64,000 bases of DNA, taken from contig OZ004608.1 of assembly GCA_963924565.1 (NCBI GenBank), positions 34,100,001 through 34,164,000 of the forward strand, written 5' to 3'. The notes under the pieces are model-generated. The model saw only the letters and a list, made by a program, of their open reading frames with translations, ran no database searches and had not been told where the DNA came from. A program made the translations under genes and the position numbers. This document shows positions 25,311-34,385 of the stretch, piece by piece; the first letter of the stretch is position 1, and each line of letters opens with the position of its first letter. The DNA is from Ascidiella aspersa. Lineage: Eukaryota.

Positions 25311-25889
25311 ATATATATATATATTTTTTTTACGACAAGACATACACGAAACACAATTCTTTTTACATTTACCTAGGTAAAATAAGAAAAAAAAATACTT
25401 TTTGAAGGGGTATCGGGCAAACCCTTGTATCCCCCCCTACTCTATGCGGGGAATTTTGTTTGCAAGTCGCACGAGCAAAAATTTTCCCACGGTCTGTCGG
25501 AAAACCTGACAGAGGGGGTTAGTGCACGACGCGCGATGCCTTTGTTTGTCGCGTCGGGATCGTTTGATGTTTACCCCCTCGCTCTGGGGGGTTTGGGTGA
25601 CTTGGGGCTGCCGGGGCTGCCGGGGCTGCTTGGGTGTCGCCCCGGGGGGCAAAACGATCCCCCCATAAGCGTCAATCGCGACAGGGGGGCTGGGGTCAAA
25701 TTTGTGGATTGGCGCGGTTTAGCGCGTCCCCAACATAAACTGACACCCAGGGGGTGATGGTTGGGGTCATTGGGGTTCGGGATAATTGAACGCGGGGGGA
25801 AATGGAGTAGCTTTGCGTGCACAGCTGCACACAAACAGAGTCCAGATTTCGCTGGAGACATCAATCAAGCCGCGAAGGCTGTGCATTGT

Positions 25890-27370
25890 TCTTGAGCTGA
25901 TTTTAAACAGCTGTAGAAACTGCTACAGTTGAACCACTCACTAGAAATCTTTTGCAAAGCATTTTGTGGTTTTCAGCTTGATTGTGCCCCTGGAATCGCA
26001 CTTGAAAAGGGCCCGAATTTCGAAGCGTTTTTCTGGTCTTTTACGGGGTTTTACACAGCTGTTGAAACTGCTACTGTTGAAGAACTCACTAGGAATCCAT
26101 TGCAGGACGTTTAAAAGCCATTAACCTTAAGATTTTTGTATGTTTTTAGCTCGCTTTTGACCTGCATGGAATCAAACTTAACTTAAGGCGTTTGAATATC
26201 AATTACTCCCCATAAAAGGCCGTTTGCTGAGGTTTCAAACGGGTTCACACAGTTTGTTAAAACGACTACAGTTGAAACGAGCGTTAGCAATTGCGGAAAA
26301 CCTATACAGCTATTCCCTCGCGGTCGTTATCTGACTTTGAGGTGAAAATAAACTTAAAAGGTATCCCCCACCAGTGCTCAAACCCGTAGCCTATTACGTC
26401 GTTTTTTTAGGTGATTTTGAAATGCTGTATACACTGACATGGTTAAACAGCTGGCTATTATTCTATTGCGGAAAATTTTAAAGTGTTTTAGATGATTTTT
26501 GCTGAACCTGGAAGCGAACTTAACAAGTCTCAAATATCGATTAGTGCCCAGGGCCGTTTTCTGGGTTTGAAACGTTTTTTCACAGCTGTTAAAACTGCAA
26601 CAGTTGAACAAATCGCTAACAATATATTGCGGTACAATTAACAATTTTGTGCTGGAATCAGGACTTAAAATCACCCAGGAATACTTAGCGGTAACCGTCG
26701 TTCAGCGGTGGTTTTTACGCCTGAAGCCGAACCTACAGTTCATCACAGTTCATCAATCAGAGCTCAAGGCGGTTTGCTAATCTTTTGATGGGTTTTACAC
26801 AGCTGAGATTCTGCTACAGTTGAACAACGCGATGTATATTTGTAGCATAGGCGTGCCAGGGTATATTTTACTCTTAATAATTTGTTTTGTAGCATTTATG
26901 AGCAGTACCACAACATTTGATCACAGGTATGCCACACTGTAATTGTCATCCATTGTTACGTCACAAACGATTTAGTTAATATAACATTTACTATACATTA
27001 ATGTACTTTTACTACTTTTAGACAGTTTTTCCTCTTTGACTGTTTTTTGAGAATTGCGTTAACACTAAGTCAGTTGCTGCTCGAAACGGTTTGCTAGCAT
27101 TGGTATTTGTGTTCGTTACGGCAGTTAATACAATGACAAAAGTTCAACAAAAAATTACAACTTTTTGGCCCCCCCAAAAAAAAACTTTCGGCTGACTATG
27201 CCACTGATTTATAGAAGGACCATCTACACCTATAATAGCGCTGTGTTTTCTATGTGGTTTGTGGATTGCAATTAAACTGAAAAACGTTTCGGAGAGGAAA
27301 ATTTATAGTTCTCAAAACCGTGCGTTGTATTCCGAGCTGATTTTAAACAGCTGTGTGAAACTGTTTCTTA
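25890..27370. repeat. Dispersed degenerate repeat array with an ACAGCTG...AACTGCTACAGTTGAA core
   Basis: Core seen at ~25908, 26056, 26249, 26447, 26582, 26799 and 27347. Confidence 0.6.
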
Positions 27371-28390
27371 AATCTCTAATAAAAAATGCTCTAACGTTTG
27401 GGCGCTGAACATCAGACAAACTTCGCAAAAGCAGTGGCAACTGTAGCTTCAGTCAAACAGCGCGTAGATCGTGTCACGTGGCAGCACCAGCACTCCAGGA
27501 GCCTACTGGCTGCGGCTTTGCCCTTTAAAACACGCGCTCGCATTTGATTTCCACGTCTTTCAGACCGCAGGTGATTAGCACTCGCGCCCGCGTTCGCTGT
27601 CGAAACACATTGCTGTAATGAGCCGCGATCGAAAACATCGTTCGTGATTCCCTCTCGCTACAGCTAACACCGCTGTACGCTTTGCAAAAAGCTTTAGCCA
27701 ATCGCGTTTTTTTTCTAATCGGCATCGAAAAATGAGCATTTTTAGGCCAATGTTTTATGTTTTTTTAAATTTAAATGTAAAGCGAAAAAGATTAAGAGAA
27801 AGCACAAACCTATTACCTTTTATATAGTGAACTCTCCATTTTATACTAAACTTTCTAATAACTCAAAAAATACACAAATTGATGATAACGGTCACAACAG
27901 TTATAATTGGTACTACTGTATTTGCTATAGTTTGGGCTGGCAGTGTTTACCTTAACATTTTTAATGATATGGCACAAGTGTGCTACAATTTGTAGTTTGT
28001 CGCTGGTTTAAAGTATTTTATTTTATTTTATATTTCACAAAACCGCCATAAAGTAACATATATCCTGGATTCGGGCGGCATTTCCTAGTGCTGAAGTGAA
28101 ATCCGTAAGATTTAATCGCGTAAGTTCTCTAAAGTTCACCGTCGATTAGCGACAAGCGTCAGTCGCATTTGTTTTTACGCGACAGCGCGACAGTTAAGCT
28201 GATTTAAAACCCAATTTTCTAACGGATGTCTTTAACATTGAAAACAAAAGAAAATTGCCATATAAGCCTAACAACGAGTTGTCGTAAGTTCACTATGGAT
28301 CAGCGACAAGCTTATCGCGATTTTAAAGGCAAACCTTTTTAATGAATTTAGTGTTGCAGCCAAGCATCGTATCAACTGTAAAACTGTTCT

Positions 28391-28680
28391 TGCTGCATAA
28401 TTGTTGGGAGGTTGTAGTAAGACGTAATAATAATATCAAAGTTCATATAGAAGTAGGTATCATTTTGTGCGTTTCGAACAACTCTTTTCATTTTCAACAT
28501 CAAAGAATAAAGACATATTCGAAACGTTCAAATGTTGCCTACTTCTTTATGGGCTTTGATATTCTCACTACGTGTTATTCGGGCAATTGTTTTTTTTTCC
28601 GCCGGAAGAACAGTTTCTACAAAATAACATTTTTGAGTGGCACTTTGAACGTTTCGAATAACTCTTTATTCCTTTCCAAC
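28391..28680 (-). mobile_element. Penelope-like hairpin element, family A, plus an adjacent second hammerhead fragment
   Basis: Tail and arms as in 12998-13171. Minus-strand hammerhead-like cores TTGAAAA-T-GAAAAGAGTTGTTC-GAAACGCA (28468-28497) and TTGGAAA-G-GAATAA-AGAG-TTATTC-GAAACGTT (28648-28679). Confidence 0.7.
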
Positions 28681-30742
28681 ATCGACATTTTTAGCGGCAA
28701 CTATTTTTTTCTTGCCGAAAAAACAACTTTACAAATGAGACATTTTAAAGTGACACCCTAACATTCAAATTCGGCACCAAACCGTCTCAAGTTCATAGTC
28801 CATCGGCGACAATCGTCGGGCGCTTTTGTTTCTGCACAACAGCGCAACGGATCAGCTGGTTTAAGCGCGGATTTCTGGCGTAAGCTGGAAAGGCGAGATG
28901 CTGAGAAGTTTCGGCGGCCCGGTCGTCGTTCTGCTAGCGGCCCTTCGTCTCACGACTGTTTGTTTTCACCTGCAACCCGCGCTAGCTTTCTCGCGTGCCT
29001 CGCCGACCAGCAGCGCGAAAAACCAACGCGGCTACAACTTTCGCGCAAGGCGGCGGTGCCCAACTCAGCGGAGTATTCGTGTTGTAAGTGTTGGCTGGCT
29101 GCGCAAGGCTGTTGGATTAACAGTTACACTGCTTTTTTGTTCACCAGTGAGAAAGGCTAGAGGGCGGTAATAGTAAGCGCTGTGTAGAGACCAGTTTAAT
29201 TTTAGCCTTTCTTGTATTGATTTAGTAATGAATTTCAAAGCACTGAAACAGTTTGAAAAAGCTGAACGAACGTCAATGGTTTCAAAGATTGTTGACCGCA
29301 TAGTAAAAACAGGCCAGGTTACATGCAACAGAATAGACTAGATTACACTTATAAGCTGTGCAAAACCCTAACAAATCAGGGTTAAAATGTTTTCAAACCA
29401 GCAGCGCGAAAGTGGTGAAGGCTTCGGCGAAAGGCGCGATTAGCCAAAAGCGAAAGCGAGAGCAGATTTCCGCCGCTGCGCCAGGAATTTGCGACCGGAT
29501 TGGCGAAAGGCGCGCGCGGCCAATTACAAGCGATTAGCGCAGCGGGAAATCTGGCTCAACTGCCAAACCAGCCACAGCACATAGCAGAGCACTCGCCTCG
29601 CTTTACGCAGCCATTTCAGCCCGATGTTACTCGAGCCGCAGCCGCCAGCAAAAGCGTTGCAAGCGATCGGGGTCCACAAAGGCGCGTCGCGGCCCCGGGG
29701 CCACCCGCAGGGGTCCCCGACCTCCCGAAGGTTAGGCCCTGTTTGGCTACACACGACACCGTGTACGCTGATTTGGATTACATAGTGGAAACGCGAGTGT
29801 GAGAAAACGCAAGTTCGCCCTTTTTTGTCGCTTCCCTTTTGCTGAAGAAGCTTGTTTTAACGCGAAAAAGCTTTCGGAAGAAAGCAAGCCTCGTCAGTCA
29901 GCAGTTGTGTCCACTTTCGGGGTTTAAAATCGCCCGGGTCAAAGCTGTAGGCTGCGGCGTACTAGCGAGGTGAAATAAGCCCGGGTGTAGCCAAGTTTTC
30001 GCACGCCGGAACACGACGAAAAAGCAGTTCGCACGAGCTATTTTAAGGCTCGAATTTCAGCTAATTGGCGTATTCGCGCCGCCTCGAAAAGGGTGCGAGT
30101 TCGGCCATAGCTAGCACAGTAATTAGCGCACAAAGCGGTCGCTTCACCTCATACCAACGCCCTGTGTTCTTTGACGTTGCAACGGACAGACAAACTGGCG
30201 ATTTCTGTTCTCAAAAACCGCTGCTAAGTTATGCTAACCGGCCGCACCTTTGCGATACTGAAACAATACAGTAGGTCAGTCAAGTCTGTCTGGCGAGAAA
30301 GTTTGGTTATCGTCTAGCGAGAAAGTTAGGTTATTAAATGCAAAGCTAGAAGCGTAGCTTAACCCCGTGACTGCTGAATTCTTTTTCGCTAAATCCCAAG
30401 TTTTAAACGGGTGTTGCTTCATGACTTGTCCTGCAATAGTCTTAGAAGATAGCCAATAAGTTTCTCTGGCAAAGTTGTCTTCCCATTCTAAAACTCAGTC
30501 GTAAAACAAAGGCAACGGCTTGGAGCTAGCTCAGTCACTTGTTAGCTTCGGAGCGTCGTAAAAAGAAGGGCCACAATGCGACCGTAAACGTCACCTATAT
30601 TGCCTCGCAAACGGCGACCGCCAATCTACGGTCCAGGGCCCTTCTGAAAAGGCCGCAAGTCGCGGGCAGAAAGAAACGGGAGAGTCGAGCTAGCGTTTTT
30701 GCAGAGGTGCTTTGGCAAAGCGTCCAGACCTTGATCTTGGAT

Positions 30743-31325
30743 CAGTGTTTTTCAACCCCTGCGTCGTGAGCCAAAGTTCGGTCGCCGTTTGATTTTTTTG
30801 GGGTCGCCTGCTCGGTTGTATATGCTTAGATTTATTGAAATTAGTTCGGATAAAGATTTCTCTAAGATTCGTAAAAGTTGCGGGCGCGTCCAAATAGAAC
30901 TAAAAGGTTTCCATATGGAAAACTCCAGACAGAACCACAAACGGTATAAAAAAGATCTAATTCAATTTTATTTATAAAGATCAGAATAATATATTTACGC
31001 AATAAGCATTATCAGTTCTACTTGAAAACGTGATCAAATTTCCATTTGAATAAAGCTGTTTTAGATTTCGTTATACCCTTTGTGGTTCTGTCTGGATCTT
31101 ACGATATGAAAAAAAGATGGGGTCAGTGTTCGAACAGGCTCAGATGCGAATATAAACAATACAAATAAAAATATATTATTAATTGCGAAAGCCCGACGAA
31201 GACAATATCTCATGTTTTTTTCGCATTTTCGCATTAGGTTTACAAAAAGTTCAGTAAAGAAAGCTTGGTGTCATACTTAGGCGCCTAGTATATGGGTCGC
31301 TTCTAAAAAAGGTTGAGAAACACTG
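30743..31325. mobile_element. hAT MITE (GGGTCGC family) containing a nested hairpin element (~30889-31096)
   Basis: TIRs CAGTGTTTTTCAACC and GGTTGAGAAACACTG. Internal inverted arms TCCAGACAGAACCACAAA.GGTATAA / TTATACC.TTTGTGGTTCTGTCTGGA. Confidence 0.75.
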
Positions 31326-33528
31326 TCTCCGAATTTACGTCGCTGTCGGTTCTTGGCCGGGGAAAGAAGGTACAGAGTGCGGAATGCAGATCGTCGCTCT
31401 GCGGGCGCGTATAAAACGCCAAGGCCGACCGTGGTGGCTTTGACGGGCGTCGCAGCGGGGGAGACAGGGTGGTGGGGCTCAGATCAGGAGATATCGCAAG
31501 TTTGACGCGCGAGATGGATTAAAAATGGCGGCCATATCGCGTATCTGTACAAACAAATGGAAGAAGCGCACGCCCGCGAAAAAAAAAGAGAATAAAAACT
31601 GTCGGTTTGGAAAAGGTAGACAATGGAGCCTCAATGTTTTTTCTGTGTCCTACAGGGCGCCATAGGATACAGAAAAAAACGGACTCGGCCCCGCTAGAAA
31701 GGGAATTATTTGCTCGCGGCAAACAGTCGAGTGATGTCGGTTTAATTGGCAGCCGATGCGACGATGCGACGTCGGTTTGTGTGCTCAGTGTAATCCAGGC
31801 TACGAGGCGCCCCGGCTACAACAGAAAACAAACGATTGCCCCATTGCGCGCTCGCCAGTTGCAAAGCAGAGTATACAGCAGTTATGATCAAACCGAGATT
31901 TGTAGAGTGTGCCGCGAAACTTTGGTATAATTTTTGAATATCTCGCCAGTTTGGATGCACAGCTAACAGAAGTGGTTCTTTAACTGCGTGTGCCTGGGGA
32001 GATATAAAATATGCCGCCACGAAGCATTAATATACTTTTACGGATATTCGTATTGCAAAAATATATTGCAGGAAATCATGCTAGACTTGAAGGCGCGCTC
32101 GACTTAGAAAAGTGGATAATTTGATGGCATTTTTTTTCGTTGTAGTAAGGTTGATTGTCAAATTATGATTGACGTTTGAGTTGTATGGAAAGTGTGGCAC
32201 GAATTTTTTTGGTATTTTTCGTAGTAAACTTATTTGTATTAATATTACAAATAGTCGTCCAATCGACTTTGCCATACTTTTTTTAAATGAACTCTGTCGA
32301 TTAGAAATAGATAAAATGAAATACCCATGGTATTTCTTGCTGTGTCATGTAGTAAGGTCGAATGCTAAGTTATAATTTTTAAAGTTATATATAATGTGTG
32401 CCACGAAATTTTTGGAAGTGGTTTAAAAGAAATACGTTTGCAATACAAAAATGCGTCCAAGCAAGCTTGCGAGTTTTAATAAACCCTATTTATTTAAAAG
32501 TATTAAAATTAGGATATTCACCTATAACCTTTCCGTGTTCCGAAAGGGATTTGCAATTTGCCACCGTTTAGCAGAGAGTGTGCCGCAATTTTCTGTGATT
32601 TTCCGGTGTGCCGCAAGCCGATAAACGTAAACCGTTGTGAAATGTAGTGTCAGACCCTTCACCCCCCGAATGAATAATGATGGCGGCGACGAAAGAGCTT
32701 TAACAAACGTTGGCTTGCAAAGTAGGGCTTAGGCCGCTGCTGTTTCCGTACAGATTATAATAGGAAGTCTGCAAGGTTTTATTTTGATGACAGAAGGCAA
32801 ACACACTGCGGCATGTTGATTTACGCTTGTGTAGCAAGTTTGGAAAATGAAAACCCATAAAGAAGTGATTTATGCAAACGTCCGTATTTGTCTAACTCTA
32901 AGGTAATCAGATGGCACTATATAAAGACAAATTGTAGTCGAGAATACAATGTAACTTGTTTTAGTGAAATGCCACCTGATTAAACAATAAAGAAGTACGG
33001 TTGCTTTTAGTTAACCTTTATAGAAATCTTAGTTCATTAATCGACACTCTGAAAAAGTTTGTAAAAAAGCATATGGAAGTTTATAAATATGTTTACACCT
33101 AAAAACGACACGAAGGTTAGATTTACGAAAGGCTAATAGCCGGCCTCAAAAATAACCCTTACATCTGAGTAAATCAAAGTTGCAAAATATTATAGAAGTC
33201 TGCCACCTGTTTTATTCAAGTATACAGGATGACAAATACCTATTTGAAAATATCTTTGAGATATTTGTTTTTAAGAGCGATACCTAATTTAAATGATTAA
33301 ATATTTTAATGTCCTTTTATATCTGTTCCTTAGTGAAAGAGCGTTACGATTACGTTTACGTTAGCTGTTCAGTAAAACAATTACAATATTTACGGTTTTG
33401 AGGCGCTTCATTTCAAGTTTTCACTTTTTAGTAACGGCGAAGCTGTCATGCAAACTCGCACGTATAAGGTCGCATTCTAACTGAAACCTGCTTGTCAAAA
33501 CGACAACAACAAAAAACAACAGCTTCAA

Positions 33529-34176
33529 ATGAATCAGCGCAGAAACATGGAGCGCTGCACAAACCCGGAAAATGGACTTTTTAGCGGAAATGACGAAATG
33601 CGACGACGACTGAATCCCCAGGTTCAAAGCGACAGCGCCGACGAAAGCGTCAACGGCGATTTTACGAGTTACAATGCCAACAGCGGTTCGGCGCTAACCT
33701 GCAGCTGTCCCCTGACAAGGCCAATGCGGAACCAGCAGTTCCTAAACGGCCAAACGCGTCCGGGCGGTCCTATGGTCAGAAAATGGCCCAGAAAGCCCAT
33801 TTCCTTTTCGGCCCACCGGCAAACCCTAACTCTTTCGCCTTCGAGGCTCGCAAGCGGATTTTTACTCTGGACATTTATCGCCAACCCCATTCTGCTGGGT
33901 TTCTGGGAGCAGCCAATCGGGGTCCTTTTGGTCGAGGGGTGTTTCCCAGGGCCCCATAGTGGTCCCGAACGCCGTGGCAAGGGGATTCAACCGATGCGTG
34001 TGGGTCAATACAAGCCCCACATGTCTGAGCTCACCCTGGGGGCCAGTGGGCCGGCCGAGGGTCCAATCGCCCGAAATTCGAAGCGATTTCGCCAGTTGAT
34101 GGAAAGCTACGACCCTATGGTGGTTTTCAAAGAGGACGCGGGTTCGGAGGACAACAGCAGGCACATCATGTCCAGG
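33529..34176 (+). CDS. hh: Hedgehog precursor exon 1 (long leader, internal signal sequence, N-terminal half of Hh-N)
   Basis: Encodes ...LLVEG-CFPGPHSGPERRGKGIQPMRVGQYKPHMSELTLGASGPAEGPIARNSKRFRQLMESYDPMVVFKED...HIMSR, which aligns with Shh CGPGRG..KQFIPNVAEKTLGASG.YEGKI.RNSERFKEL..NYNPDIIFKDEE..RLMTQ. Donor AGG|GTGAGG is phase 0 at the conserved intron position. The true start ATG is uncertain (33529/33547/33598/33724/33772). Confidence 0.93.
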
Positions 34177-34254
34177 GTGAGGCTCTATGTAATGTTGGTA
34201 GTGCCATTTACCCAACTAAATATGTCTAGCGTGATAACGAATCTCTAACTAAGC

Positions 34255-34385
34255 CAACAAGATTAGGTAAATCGACATCATCTTTATTAGAAGACGGTTC
34301 GATACAAGTTGTATCATCTTCAGTTAATGTGATTAAATTAAAGCATCACTTATATAAGGGGCGCAATTGTTATTATTCTGAGTTT
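34255..34385 (-). mobile_element. Penelope-like element family C fragment with a mutated hammerhead (34293-34323, minus strand)
   Basis: Reverse complement reads AATCACATTAA-CTGAAGA-T-GATACAACTTGTATC-GAACCGTC...GATGATGTCGATTT. Confidence 0.7.

Noticed and set aside
25425-25864. Overlapping Gly/Pro-rich ORFs (GLPGLPG, collagen-like)
   Set aside because: A by-product of a G-rich island with a 9-bp repeat; only about 3 triplets and no splice context.
34177-34248. ORF-track extension of hh exon 1
   Set aside because: Hh similarity stops exactly at the conserved GT donor; the rest is intron.
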